Made by a program: the position numbers and the translations under genes. A DNA stretch of 64,000 nt from positions 39,060,001-39,124,000 of the forward strand of contig OX597825.1 in the NCBI GenBank assembly GCA_951406725.2, read 5' to 3'. Shown here piece by piece: positions 38,101 to 52,030 of the stretch (positions are counted from its first letter, which is position 1; each line of letters starts with the position of its first letter). Origin of the DNA: Octopus vulgaris. Lineage: Eukaryota. The notes beneath the pieces were generated by a model. That model was not told the DNA's origin, did no database searches, and saw nothing but the letters and a program-made list of their open reading frames with translations.

Positions 38101-40250
38101 GACATGAGCCATTTTCCATGGGAGGGGAAGGAGAATTATCTGTTCCGCAATGACCATGCATCATGCATATTTTTACTAAATCTTGCAAGACACGATCATC
38201 ATTAGCATCAGGAGTTTCAGATGTCTCGATCCTATCTATGTCTTCGCTGTTTCTGAGCATGTCCTCATTTCTTAGATCTACCAACATGTGGCAGTGAGGA
38301 AAACCTCCCTTCTGAAACTCAATGGACAGGGCTATGAGCCACTGGCACCCACAAAATGTATCTATCTTTTATGTACCTCATAAGTTCAGCAATGTGTGAC
38401 TTGTACTCACGGGGAACTAAATCTGACCTATTTTCAGATCTTTCATTTTGCTGTAGATTATCAACTATCTCAGGGCACTTCGGGTTTCAGGTGTGAGTGA
38501 TGAACAAGTCTGGCTTAGAACAATTTTAAACACTTGACATGGCATCCTGAAAATATTGGTGCATATTCCTTGGACTGCCTGTGAATGAGGAAAGCTGTAT
38601 TGTATGACTGGCACTCCTGGTTCAATATTCTCATCTGACCCTGTGTTCAAATGGTCCACCGATCTGTTGTACCTTTTCACTCGCATCTGGTTTTGATTGT
38701 TCCCTAGATATTGCAAACTTCGACATTGACATAGGCATCCACAAGATATTTTTGAAATAATTTTACAGCTCTGTGAATAACACTAAACCCAACCATGAAT
38801 TCAAAACGATAGCTGCAGTATTGTTGCATTATCAGACGATTAAGCACACGCGTCCGGTATTTTATGACTTGTTGCATCTCATAATGCCATCCAAATTCCT
38901 CAGGGATAAACGGAATTGGGTAGATCATAGGGTTCAAGTGACATGACGTGTAAGATAGTTTTGGAGGAGGAACATCTATGGGATACTCAATAATGTCTCT
39001 AATTTCAAGAGGGGCACCATTTTCTCCAACAAATACTGCTACTTTTTCATTGCTAGTGACGAAATTGTAGTGCCTGACATCGGACCATCTCCTGAAGCGT
39101 GACTCAAACGTCCGTATTGGCACATTGTCTCTTCTGGCCCTTTCCACTTCTTGTTCACCTGCAGGCATGTTCTTGTACAATTCTGCATTAGGATTACTTT
39201 GTTGAATAACACAATTTATTTTTTTCATAGTAACAGGGGAGCACTCAGAATTTTGAGGCGCATCCATCCAGTGCTACAGAGCTTCATCCGCATCTATGAT
39301 GTATAACTGGCCGTATTGTGGTTGATCATTAGCAGATGCAGGTTTGTCATCGTGTGGTAAGTTTGGCCCTGAATGCGGAAGCAATACGGACCCCTTCCTG
39401 GAGGTGCTGCCAGTTAAACTCCAAACAACACAAAGGAGAGGGTCCACTTGTAATTTCTGCTATTTTTACGGAATGAAACGGACTCTTGATTGTTGCCCTC
39501 AAGTAGGTTTTTTTTGTGTCTCTGGATATGGTTACAATTCAAGCACCTCCATTTTTCCATTGTGGGAACAACTGTTCTTTTCATTTCTAAACATAAGCGC
39601 ACCGTAGTGTTACATATGATGTTCTTTTCTCCTTTGATAATTTATTCAAATTCTTTTATAATAGATCTGTTCAGCACTGGCCAATGTCTTCTCACACGCT
39701 GTCATTGCATATGCTGTCTCCTTAAATTGTCAATTTCACCAGCATTCATATTTCGAACTCTTTTTCGATATCTTCTCTTTCGGTGTTGCTCATAAATAAC
39801 CCAGTCATGTTGATTTATTTTCTCTACTCTTTGCTGAAACAAGTTTCTCTGCTGCTCGTGGTACTGTGCACGCCGCTGTCCCTCCTTCATATTTTCTCTC
39901 CTTTCCTGAGATATGTGTATCTGATGCTCTTGGTATTGTGCACGCTGTTCCTCATTTATATTGTCCCTCCTTTGCTGTGATAAATTTCTCTGTTGCTCGT
40001 GGTACTATGCACGTTGTCCCTCATTAATATTTTCTCGTCTTATTTGTTGTCTCCACTTGTCTTGCTGCAGTTGTTCACCCTCCATTGACATTCGTCTCAG
40101 CTGCTGTGTTGCTTGTTTCTCTCTAGGATTTCCTACTTCTGCTATTCCTTAATCATCTTCCTGTAGAGCCTCAATCTTGCGTGAGCAGCTTCCAGTTTTT
40201 GCTGCCGGTTCATTTTGAATGCAGTCTATAAGCACAAAAGTAGCACAAGA
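35145..40250 (-). mobile_element. Degenerate autonomous Helitron (Rep + PIF1-like helicase)
   Basis: 3' CTAG at 35145 with hairpin tcgtggaa/ttccacga. Helicase motifs NIVYREV, KSQGQTF..HGQLYVA, FLNSLTPSGMPPHKL and GDFRQVLP. Rep motifs EFQKGGFPHCH and MMHGHCG. Also NVVLYNAYLLKKYRAH, KLFQKYLVDAY and QLYIID. The 5' end may extend to ~42150. Confidence 0.93.
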
Positions 40251-40664
40251 TAATATATATACAAAACACGACGAAAATATTGATAAAAATGAACTGTTAT
40301 TGGCAATATTGATCTTCTGTGTTTTACTCACAAATTTAGACCCCTTTAATTTTGCTCAGATTCTTTACAATGTTGGTGAATTGGTGCAGTACTGAATTTT
40401 GCTTATTCTCAGGTAATTACGTAATCTCGTAAAAGAAGAATCTGATGTTATTTGAAAATAAAGGTTGAAAATTTGGGAAATTTTAGCCCATCAACAGACA
40501 GTAAGGCATTAACAGCTTGTTACCATGAGAACCGCACTTTGCTTCTAGACCCGCAAACCCGCGCAAGTCAGTAGCAACCGCGATAAAAAAAAACGACACA
40601 TTTTGAGTAACATTTTATTTCAATTCAAATTTTGTTTTCTTTACTTATTTTATTAGATATGTAT

Positions 40665-41044
40665 GGAGGCGCAATGGCCCAGTGGTTAGGGCAGCGGACT
40701 CGCGGTCGTAGGATCTCGAGTTCGATTCCCAGACAGGGCGTTGTGAGTGTTTATTGAGCGAAAACACCTAAAGCTCCACGAGGCTCCGGCAGGGATGGTG
40801 GTGATCCCTGCTGTACTCTATCACCACAACTTTCTCTCACTCTTACTTCCTGTTTCTGTTGTACCTGTATTTCAAAGGGCCAGCCTTGTCACTCTCTGTG
40901 TCACGCTGAATATCCCCGAGAACTACGTTAAGGGTACACGTGTCTGTGGGGTGCTGAGCCACTTGCACGTTAATTTCACGAGCAGGCTGTTCCGTTGATC
41001 GGATCAACCGGAACCATCTTCGTCGTAACTGACGGAGTGCTTCC
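40665..41044 (+). mobile_element. Well-preserved tRNA-derived SINE with a 10-bp TSD
   Basis: A box tggcccagtgg, B box gagttcgattccc. TSD agatatgtat at 40655-40664 and 41045-41054. Confidence 0.9.
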
Positions 41045-41159
41045 AGATATGTATATCTGTCGGAAGCAAATATTTTGAATAACATTTGATGCCATTTCAA
41101 AATTTGTTTCATTAGATATATAGTTAAAAATCCCAACCCCGATTTACAGTTTACACACT

Positions 41160-41327
41160 TCTATACATGCATATATTGATATGTATAGATGTGCGTGTCT
41201 ATCTATCTATCTATCTATCTATTTATCTACTTTCTATCTAGCTAGGTATCCATCTATCTGTCTAAAAACACACATAATGTCACATGTTCACACACACACA
41301 CACACACGCACACACACACGCACACAC

Positions 41328-41365
<38 letters not shown>

Positions 41366-41871
41366 TTACCACTCTCTCTCGTCCTCTATCTCCCTCTGAC
41401 CCTTTCTCTCTCACTATCTCTCTGTTCCTCCTCTGTATAGAAAAGTAAAAGTAACATCAAAAAATTAATGTAGTTATTTCTCTTTGATTTACCAATGTGT
41501 CGATATATGTATGTATCTTCTTGTGTTTCATTTCACAGAAGACAAGTAGATAGATAAATATATCGACACATTGTTAAACCAAAGAGAAATAACTACAGTA
41601 TATTTTCGCTGTGAGTTGTACTTTACGATACAGAGGAGGGACAGAGCGGCAGTGAGAGAGAAAGAGTCAGAGGAGGAGGATGGGGGAGAGTGAGAGTGGT
41701 GATAGAAAGTGTGTGCGAATGTGTGAACGTCTGACATTTTGTGTGTGCTCATAGATAGATAGAGACACATCTATAAATGTAAGTATAGATGTGTATAATT
41801 ATGTCTCTATCTACATATCTATCTAGAAACACAGAATGTCACACGTTCATACACACTCACACTTACTATCA

Positions 41872-41905
<34 letters not shown>

Positions 41906-42150
41906 TGCCTCTGCCTCTGACTCTTTCTTTCTCACTACCTCTCCTATATATTGAAAAGTAAATGTAATATTGAAAATTTACTGTTATTTCTCTTTGATAT
42001 ACTGATGTGTCGATGTATTTATGTGTCTGCTTGTCTTCTGTTTCACACACACACACACACAATTTCTATCACCACTTTCTCTTTCCCCCTTTCACTCTGA
42101 CCCTTTCTCTCTCACTACCTCTCTATCCCTCCTCTTATATATTATATGAA
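41160..42150. repeat. ~270-bp units in direct and inverted orientation (CA/CT-rich)
   Basis: ~41260-41530 forward, ~41531-41790 inverted, ~41820-42050 forward, then a partial copy. The units share aaagtaaa...gttatttctctttg...aatgtgtcgat. Confidence 0.75.
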
Positions 42151-42589
42151 GAGCGTACTGACGGACGAACTAAGGGAGGAACAAGCAGAATTATATGACA
42201 TGATAACAGTGCCCAGTAGAACTGTCAGGAAAGGCTTGCCTCCTTGGAAATGTTAAAATAATCAGGAAAGTATTAGATAGCTCAAAAGAACGAATAGCAT
42301 GGTACCGTAAGGTGCAAGTAGTCAGCTCGCTACGCATGCAAGACTCTAGGAGCTCCAACAAAACCCCTGATAAAGAGAAAATAATGAAAAAAAAAGTATT
42401 ATTATTATTAGAATGATGCAAGGCAGTGGTCCCCAGGGATTGTGATGTTAACTAATTGGTAGTATTAACATACAGTTTTGTCTTGGATAGTCTGATGCAA
42501 TACAAGTCACTGAGTCATGTATTCTGATCTAAACCGATTGGAAATGTTATGTACACGGTGAGGAAGCAAAACTTGGAAAATAATAGATA

Positions 42590-42975
42590 ATTCACTAACT
42601 TTCTTATTTTACAACAATCAGCAACCTGAAGTAAATTTAATTTTAACACATATTTGTGGGTGTATAAAGAGACAACTTATTTAATATGGGTGCCTTCATT
42701 GACATCTACAGTTTTCACACGCCACCTGAGGGCGTTACAACTGTTCATGATGAAGTACTCAGACATGCTGTCTCACTCTTCCCTCAGAAATTACTTAAGA
42801 TGATCAACACTTTGATGCGAAGTTCTGTTGGCAGATTGCTCGGATTTTCCCATACGGCATAGTTGAGGAGGTTCAAGTCTGCGCTGGAAGGAGGACAGAA
42901 GTTGGAAGGCCAAAAGTCATATGAATAGGAGCACCATCTTGGATCCACACGTAATACCCGTTGGGATAATTAGAC
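42590..42975 (-). mobile_element. Tc1/mariner (maT/DD37D-like) 3' fragment
   Basis: YVWIQDGAPIH and PSSADLNLLNYAVW-like motifs, next to (TAG)n. Confidence 0.65.
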
Positions 42976-42976
42976 T

Positions 42977-43078
<102 letters not shown>

Positions 43079-46000
43079 CAGCAGTAGCAGCAGCAGCAGC
43101 AGATGCAACAGTAATGAGGACGGAAATACGAAGAAACATTGCAGTTTGCATGTTATTACGAGGATTGTCTGAGAATGATCCAAATCTGAGCCTAAATTTT
43201 TAATTAACTGACGTAGGTCTTTCAAGTTGAAAAATTTGTTTCAATGATCACATGTCTACGATAATTTATCTTGCCTTACCTTCTTCCTTCAAGGTAGATG
43301 ATGGATTCATGGGGAAGGTGCGTCGCAGATTGTCTTACTTTCACAGAAGTGTTCAGTTTGTTTAAGATGACATTGACAAAAACAATATGTGAAGATGAGT
43401 GAAAATGATTGAGGAATGGAAATCCCCATTTATAACAAACCACTCTGTCCCAGACCATAACTACGATCAGCAGTAAGAGAGGACGAACTTGTTACAATGT
43501 GTATATTGCTACACAGAGTATGGTATATACTGGAAGGCTATTAGTATTGAAAAATGTGTGCGCCACCGCAGGTGATCCTCGACATGGAGTTGAGAAAGTT
43601 GGAAGTGTGTTCTGATTTCCTGCAGGAATTTGAAGGTAAGGATGGTAAGTTTTATTCCAACTAGTGGTATGTGATGAATGATGGGTGTACTTTTGTAAAC
43701 CGGCAATGGATGTTAGCCTAAGTAATAACATATTTGTTTCCAAAAGACTATGAATAATTTATTTGTTGAATCCCATAAATCTTATTGAGAAGAACACTGT
43801 TAGTTTAGAGTTATTCGATCCAGTAGAGGTTTGGAGACAAGAGACAGAACAAAATGGAAACACCTGTGTCTCAAAGATGCCCTACGTCAAGGAATGATCG
43901 ACTTCAGGTCGATCATTTACAGAGAGGTACCTTTGTTTTTATGAAGAAAACAGCAAACACAACATGTTGCCGTGTGCCTAAATTTGTCTAGATGAGATTA
44001 CAGTTGTATAAACACACAGTGCACTGAGTGTCAAAATAAGGGTGTGTGTTATTTCAGTTTAGAAATGTTTAAGAAGCGGCCTTCTTGTATAGGTTTAAAG
44101 AATGGTGGAATGCGTATCACGAAGGAGAAACCAAGCCGAAAATTTGCATCTGACATTCCAACGTCATTCTAACTTGGTTTGAAATTTCTGCCCTCGATCT
44201 TTAGTGATATATTCGTTCTCTAATATAAAGTCCCTCTGCAAATTTACTTCACGATCTAGAGTGCTCAAATGTGCTAAATATTAAGTGGGGGCAATATTGT
44301 TTTGCGACTTACAACTTCGTTTCTTAAACCGAAATGATTCCGGTTTGATAAGCCACAGCATTTCCGATAAATGTATTATTATAAAGAAGACGAAGAACTT
44401 TGCTAACTTTAAAAATTGTGATAGATACAAAGAAGACGAAACGAATTCATAACACAGTTTAAGTTTGATGTTATTTCATATGCAAAGATTTTTTTTATAT
44501 TCACCTGAATATTTATATTATTTAAATTTTAAAAATCTGAACTGCTATATGGAATGTTGTTGCCCTGCTTCACCCCATATGATCCATCGCTGCTTTTAGA
44601 AGTACGTAATATATCATAATCTTCTAGAGCTGTTGTATGGCCTGAGAAGTCGCGCGTGCAGGGCAAGCTCTGCGGAAATTAATATTAAGAATGCTGGTAA
44701 CTGTTCCTTTAACCACACCAATAATATTTATTGATTATTTTCTCACTATACCATGATATATCTCAAGTATCTGAAATATTATCAACGTTGTTTCGTCAAA
44801 TGTTTCTTATTTGCTTCTATTGACACAAATGCATTTTGACTTTGTCCACGTACTTGGTTTTCCTATAGATGTAGTAAATTGATATTTTTTTTTTGTGCGT
44901 GAAAAAGATATTTAATCATATACATACGTACTCTCAATCAAATGTCCAAGAGATATAAATACATTTGATAGATACATCAACCAATAAATCATAGTTAATA
45001 TTTACTATTACAGCTATCAATCAGAAAGAGATATCACCGACCATGTTTTTAAACGATAATAATAATTGTGACTGATATAATAAATACGTATTACTTGATG
45101 TTAATCAAAATTGAAAATGGTTTCGAACATTGATATACAATTACAGACATTGATATGTAATTACATGCAGAAATAACATTATATATACCTAATCAAAATT
45201 TTACGAATTAAAATAGGGAAACTAAAACCAAAGAAATATTGCAGAGATTCGTATGAGAATATGCCTAAAATGATTATATTTCCCCACATTTATTTACATT
45301 GAAATATCTGAAAAGCTGATAGGCAGAAAAGTTAAGAAGTTTAGAGTAATGATTGCGCTGTAGCCTCAGGCGGACGTGCTTCTTGTGAGAGAAGTTGGTT
45401 TAGAGAAACTGTATGACTTCCCCGATCATTAAATGTATATATGTATCTATCCGTCTCTCTCCCTTCTAATCTCTCTCTCGCTCGCAATATATTTCAATAT
45501 AATATATTGGCTTCAAATTTTGGCACAAAACCAGCATAACATAATAGAAATAGTAAGGAAGGGTAAAAACGTCGAATACCAAGGAGATATCCATAATCCA
45601 TGGGATTACATTTTAAGTCAAAGAAAGTCGCTTCCAGGAGTAATTTCCACTGGTTATGAGAGTTACATCCTACTTCAATTTCATTGGGGGAACTAGCGAG
45701 GGTAAGAGGTAGCAGAGTGAGTTTAATGAGATGGTCGATAGCACAGGGGTCAAAAGTTAGAGTGTAACGCCTATTTAATAGAGAACCATAAAAAAAGAAT
45801 TGAGAAAGTTTACTAATGTGAACTCGTTTGAGGATATCAATACATAAGTATATCAATGAAAGAATAAGTTGGGTAAAATCATGTTATTACTTATTGCTTA
45901 TTAACAAAAACCTCATCCTAATACCCCTATGAAAAGTAGGGTGAGGACATAGTTAATCCTACAACTTAATATTTGAAAATAATGGCGTTGTTAAAGTCCG

Positions 46001-46560
46001 TTAAATCTATCAATAAAATACAAGACAAATAAAAAATTAAGGAATGAATTGTCTAAGGGGCTTTACCCAATGAATGGGCGATGAGTATTACCTACGGTTA
46101 TGGGTACAGTATGTTGTTGAATATATCTGAGATATATATCAAATTTACAAGTATGTATATCGAATTTACTAGTCTGAACGAGAAAAATGAAGGATGAAGC
46201 AATGAATGGAAAAAAGAAACAAAACTGGATTCTATCGGAGGGAGTACATTATCGTATTAAAATGCAGAGAGAAATTATGCTCTAAAGTGAGGAAGTGTTA
46301 TTTCGTTATGGATAGATCTGAGTTATACTTTCAAATTTACAAGTAATTTTCTGTAAATAGAAAAGCAAAAATTGAAATGAATAAATGAAAATGTATTCAG
46401 ACTTATAGACTACAATTGAAGGTGGGTAAGTGTCCGTTCCCATTTGGGGGTATAGGGCGATAGTCAGACACTTAATATATTTTCAATTATACATAGGTGC
46501 AGAACGTATTCATATTAGGATATAATGAATATTAAGTGGTATCATAATTGTATAAGTATA

Positions 46561-47465
46561 TCTACATATATAAAAGTGAAGTTGTATGAGTGTCTGTCTC
46601 CTACGATTTAGATTCCTAACTACTCCCACATTTTGCGGTGCAGCTTAACCAAATTCGGGTATCTTATAGTCGTGATTCATATCGAGCCCGTCTGGGTATT
46701 AGCGCGCGTCTACAATGAGGCTACGATTTTTAAAATAATTTACCATAGTTTTTTTTCCATTTTAACGCATATTTTTTCGTGTGTCGATGGCGGCGGAGTT
46801 GGCGTCCATGCTCACACCTGCACCTGTGTTGCTTCTCCCCTTCTTCCATCCCTCGTGAAGCTGTGGGGAAGGGAGTTTAAGGAAATCAACGTCGTAAAGC
46901 GTTGTCAAGGAGACCAGCGTTCATTTAGAACAACGACTTCATGGCTTGAAGTCGCCAAAACAGAAATCGCTAAAAAAGCTGAAACAGATCCACAAAAACG
47001 GCAAAAACCGCCACATAGGGTAGGTTTCCTGTGCAAACAATTTGCACAACCGAATGTTTTAGTTGTTGCACAAATCTTTATATATAAAAGTGAAGTTGTG
47101 TGTATGTCTCCTACGATTTAGATTCTTAACTACTCCCATATTTTGCGGTGCAGTTTAACCAAAACCGGGTATCTTATAGTCGTGATTCATATCGAGCCCT
47201 TCTGGGTATTAGCGCGTGTCTACGATAAGTCTACGATTTTAAAAATAATTTACCATCATTTTTTCCATTTTAATGCATTTTTTTGCTATTATATAAGTAA
47301 CTCTCTAAAAATGTCGACGATGAGTCAACGATTGAAAAAAAAATTTACTATAATTTTTTTTCCATTTTTAATGCATTTTTTTGCTATTTTTTGGCTATAA
47401 CTCTCTAAAAATGCTTTATAGTTATTTCCCTTACAAACCCGAGCAACGCCGGGCGATACTGCTAG
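46561..47465 (+). mobile_element. Non-autonomous Helitron with a duplicated 5' end
   Basis: A|TC 5' end at 46561 and a second TC...aaaagtgaagttgt end at 47075. 3' hairpin cccg..cggg and CTAG|T at 47465. Confidence 0.88.
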
Positions 47466-47693
47466 TGAATTTACAAAATTGAAAATTATAGAATTAATTA
47501 CAGTTACACGGGGAATTATTCTGGCTAAGGTGGAGGCGAATACATAGAAATATAAGCTATACTGTCATAAGATGTATTTGAATTCAGTTAGAAAAACAAA
47601 TACTAATAGGTATATGAATCATGACTCACACATACATTTTTAAAAATAAGTTCTTAGAAATATATGGAGTAACATCCCAAGGAAAAACTAGTG

Positions 47694-47748
<55 letters not shown>

Positions 47749-47753
47749 GTATG

Positions 47754-47786
<33 letters not shown>

Positions 47787-48366
47787 AAATATATAAACAC
47801 TAGTAAGATGCATATTTGTTTATAAAGAAAATAATATCTAGGGTAATAACATATAAAGTAATAATATATGAATTAAGAAAATGGTCTGGATAATAAATCA
47901 ACAAACATCAGCCTGTAGACATTCATTTATATCTATTTATTAATTGATTACAATCATTAGTATAACTAATCAAAATAAACAAATGAATAAAAATAAATGA
48001 ATAAAAAAATACTAAGCTTATTCTCAAAAAAGTTCACATTAGTTAACTTTCTCAATTCTTCTTCTGATGATCTATCAAATAGCGATTAGCCTCTAGCTTT
48101 TGTCCCCTGTGATATGGAACATCCCATTAAACTAACTCCGCTATGTGATATCCAGGTTAGTTCCCTCAGTAAAATTGAAGTAGGATGTAGCTCTCATAAC
48201 CTGTGGAAATTACTCCTGGAAGTGATTTTTCTTTACCTATAATCCCATGGATTATGGATATAACTTTGGAATTGACGTTTTAACCATTCCTAACTATATC
48301 TATTAAGTTATTATTCTATTTTAATGTTTTACCTTACTTCACATGTTAGATTCTTAAAATTATAGC

Positions 48367-48511
48367 CTCTCTGATGAAACTTTTGGGGCTCAGTCATTGT
48401 CCAACACCTGTCCTATGTTTGCTCAACCTTTGTAAAATCACTGTATATTACTGACATGATGTGGAAAAGTTGGCAGATTGGGCAACCCGATAGTAGAAAC
48501 AGGTGTAAGAG
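48367..48511 (+). ncRNA. Type I hammerhead with a ~120-nt extended stem/loop II
   Basis: ctct-CTGATGA-aact...agta-GAAAC-aggt-GTA^agag. Confidence 0.6.
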
Positions 48512-48879
48512 TTTAGTATTTTTCACTCATTTTTCTTATTCATTTGTTTATTTTTATTTATCTACTTAATTGTTTATTTGCTTATTTCATTTGCTTATTT
48601 CGATTACTTATACATATGATTGTAATCAATTAATAAATAGATATACATGAATATCTACAAGATGGTGTTTGTCGATTGAATAACATCCCTAATTTCTTAC
48701 TTGCCTTATAAATTCTCGGTAAATTTCTGTTTTTACTCCACTCATACCTAGGATTCAACTGAAATAGTAAGCATTTAGCTATAAATAATTAGATATATAT
48801 CTAGTAGTATATTGAATATTTATTATTCCTTAGATGGTCGCGTAACTTCTAACTTATGCAAATATTTTATATATGTATG

Positions 48880-48972
<93 letters not shown>

Positions 48973-49289
48973 GCATACATGTATGCATATACATAGTGAA
49001 ACTATTACAATGAAACGATGTAAAACTGAAACAATTTATAATTGCCTCCGTGGAAGGTTTTCACTTTTGTTTTTCGTGATTTGAGACGTAATACGGAACC
49101 AGTTCCAACGTTGCATACTTTCAATCACTAAAAAATACACGCTGACACTTCTGGGGTCTCATAGCCTGACCATGTAAAATTTGCTATTATGTATTTGTCC
49201 CTTTTACACAGCATATTATATAAAATAATAACGTAGTGAACAACTGACACTGTAGTACATCTCCAGCGTTAGGAGCTATGCAAAGGCAA

Positions 49290-49380
49290 CAACAATAACA
49301 ATATAATAATAATCATCATAATAATTATGATAATGAAAATAATAATGATAATACTAATAATAATAATAATAATAATAATA

Positions 49381-49469
<89 letters not shown>

Positions 49470-49533
49470 AATGATGATGATGATGATGATGATGATGGTA
49501 TTAATATTAATAATAATAATAATAATAATAATA

Positions 49534-49581
<48 letters not shown>

Positions 49582-49605
49582 GTGATGGTGATGATGAGGA
49601 TGATG

Positions 49606-49644
<39 letters not shown>

Positions 49645-49672
49645 TTAATAATAATAATAATAATAATAATGA
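49290..49672. repeat. Compound (AAT)n/(AGA)n/(ATG)n microsatellite
   Basis: Direct inspection. Confidence 0.95.
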
Positions 49673-51839
49673 TATACACATACACGCGTTGACATTCCAC
49701 AGGCGACGGTTTTTTCTTACGTGATTTCAAGGTTGAGAAAATAAGGACAAGTTGTATATTGGGGTCGATTTAATCGACCTAACTCCTTCTCACATACTTC
49801 TGCCGTGTGTGCATGCTGATGTATGTGCTTTGCTTTCTGTTTTTGTATATTGCTGTTTCTCCGATGCTGTTTGATGCAACTTAAGACAACGGTGTCTCAA
49901 TTGATTTCTCCTATATTACCGGTGCAATAATTACAAACACAAAATTAAATACCGTATTTTAAAAAAAGTACTGGAATCAATACGAGCGATCAAAGTGTTG
50001 CCGTCGATGCCCTGCTATAGCTGTATTGTAATGAATTAAACAATAATATTAAAAGCCAAATCTTTGTGTATTTGCACATATTAAACAAGGCAGGCTGTAA
50101 GTTTTCCAACTAGATGTAATAAAAAGTTATTTGTTCATCACCATGCGCACAAGGTCGATCTCAGCAGAGTAACTTATAAATATATATGAATGGATCTCAT
50201 TCGAAGTGTTTAAAACAAACAAGCATAAATCAATTATCACACCTGAGAAATGAATTTCTCCTTTGGATTTAAAAATAAATCTCAACAAAATCAGCAAATT
50301 ATTGTCTACAACCGAGTTTCGATTTCAATCAATCAATCATAATTTCACTTTGATGTTCATGAAAAATGTTGGCAATAGACAATATAGTTTGACATTAGAA
50401 GCTTAGAGCCTCTCTAATGTTTTCAGCTGGTGGAGTCTTAAAGTCCAGCCTTCTTTGATGAAGATTGAGAGTAAATTTGCCTTAAGCCTTTGAAAAGAAT
50501 TGCCTCTAATGAAAGATGTGTGTTTGATAACTTACAAACGATATGTTGTTTACTTCATCTTATATTTTCGTAATACCGAATATTTTCGGTACTATTTCAA
50601 ATATTTCAAATATTTCAAACGCGAATATTTTATTCTTTATAACAAATACTTAGGCTCTAACATAGAGGGGACAAAACGAGGGCACAGTACCGCAGTGGGG
50701 ACAAAAACGTTAAACGGAATATTGTCATTACTAGTCTTTCAGGAAGTCCGACGTACGTGTGTCGATTCGTGTGTCGGTAATACTTATTTTTACTGTACAT
50801 TCTTGAAGCACACTGTTTCATCTAGACCTGTTTTGTGACAGGTTGCTGCAGAAACTCTGGAGGAGCTGTAAGAAAATTTATGAGTGGTATCAGTTGTATC
50901 AATGATGGTGTTACTAAACCAATCTCGTAGCCAAAATGTATAAAGATAAACATTTGAGTATGCGCAACCTTTATAGTTCAGTTACTGTGTAATCAATAGA
51001 ATATATTAACATTTTTGTGGGTGTTGGTGAGTATTGATTAACAAGTTTTTACTTACCGGTAACACAGAATATAGTACGTTAAAAGGTTCTATATTAACTG
51101 TGTAGACTTACATCTTCGTCTCTACATCTCTCATATACTTTGTAGCGCAGCTTGTGATACCAGACAGCAATATTGGAACGAAGTGAGTGATATGCGATTT
51201 AGATTTGAGCCAAGTGGATGCAGTGAAATGTTTGTGTTTTCTTTTACTTTGTTGTTATTTTAGATGGGTTTCGAATATTAAGTACATTTGTTTCTGCCTT
51301 ATTGCTTTAAATACCTGAGAAAACAAATGAGGCCTCTTTCTGGATTCAGACTAAATTTTCATCTTTTTTTCATACAGGCAAAATATGAGTATAAAAATTA
51401 GGATTACGTATTTTAATCCAAGCATTATATATAATTTCAAAACATATGTTTCTATGGATTTTTGTCTTATGAACCATGCTTGGCGTGATTTGAAGCATAT
51501 TCATCAGGAATAAATTACATTTCTTGCTAGAGGAGATAAATGTTCCTCATTTAGAATGTATATAAACCATATATTTCGTACCTTTGAAATAATATTTCTA
51601 GTTGTCTTCCACGATAGCCTCATTCTTTGCAATGAATTGATATCTTGTATATTAACTGAGAGAAATAGCCTTTTTGAATTTAGTGATCAGAAATCCTCAT
51701 TAGTTTGTGGTTTTCGTTTTCTTAGTGTTGACGGTTAGTTTTTAATTAAATTACGATGGAATACGTTTCATTTGCTCCAATTGATATACATTCCCGCTCG
51801 TTCATAGCCCTATCAGAAAATTAGCTTCCAAATATTCAT

Positions 51840-52030
51840 TACATATTTTGGAAGAAGGCCAGCAATTTTGGCGGAGGAGGTAAGTCGATTACTTCGACAC
51901 CAGTACGAAAACGGAATGTAATATATCGGCCCCGAAAGGTAGGTTGAGCTCAGTGGAATTTGCACTTAGAAAAGACGGACGAAATTCCCTTTTACCTAGT
52001 GCACTAATGATTCAGCTGGCATGCCGCCTT
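51840..52030 (-). mobile_element. tRNA-derived SINE (Meta-domain-like)
   Basis: aaggccagcaattttggcggaggaggtaagtcgattacttcgac...cggccccgaaagg...ggaatttgcact. Confidence 0.7.

Larger units (their letters stand above)
45540..48700. repeat. PLE pLTR-like complex with two inverted-repeat pairs
   Basis: ~45540-45835 is the reverse complement of ~48020-48305. ~47870-48018 is the reverse complement of ~48512-48700. An HHR lies at 48367. Confidence 0.75.

Noticed and set aside
40665-40740. tRNA gene
   Set aside because: A and B boxes are present, but the sequence continues into a ~300-bp SINE body with a TSD and has no proper acceptor stem or terminator.
42191-42421. 76-aa minus-strand ORF after an acceptor-like tract
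   Set aside because: No recognisable domain or supporting exon.
43270-43640. Coding-looking stretch with a possible microexon (cag|GAATTTGAAG|gtaagg)
   Set aside because: The frames examined are interrupted by stops and show no recognisable homology.
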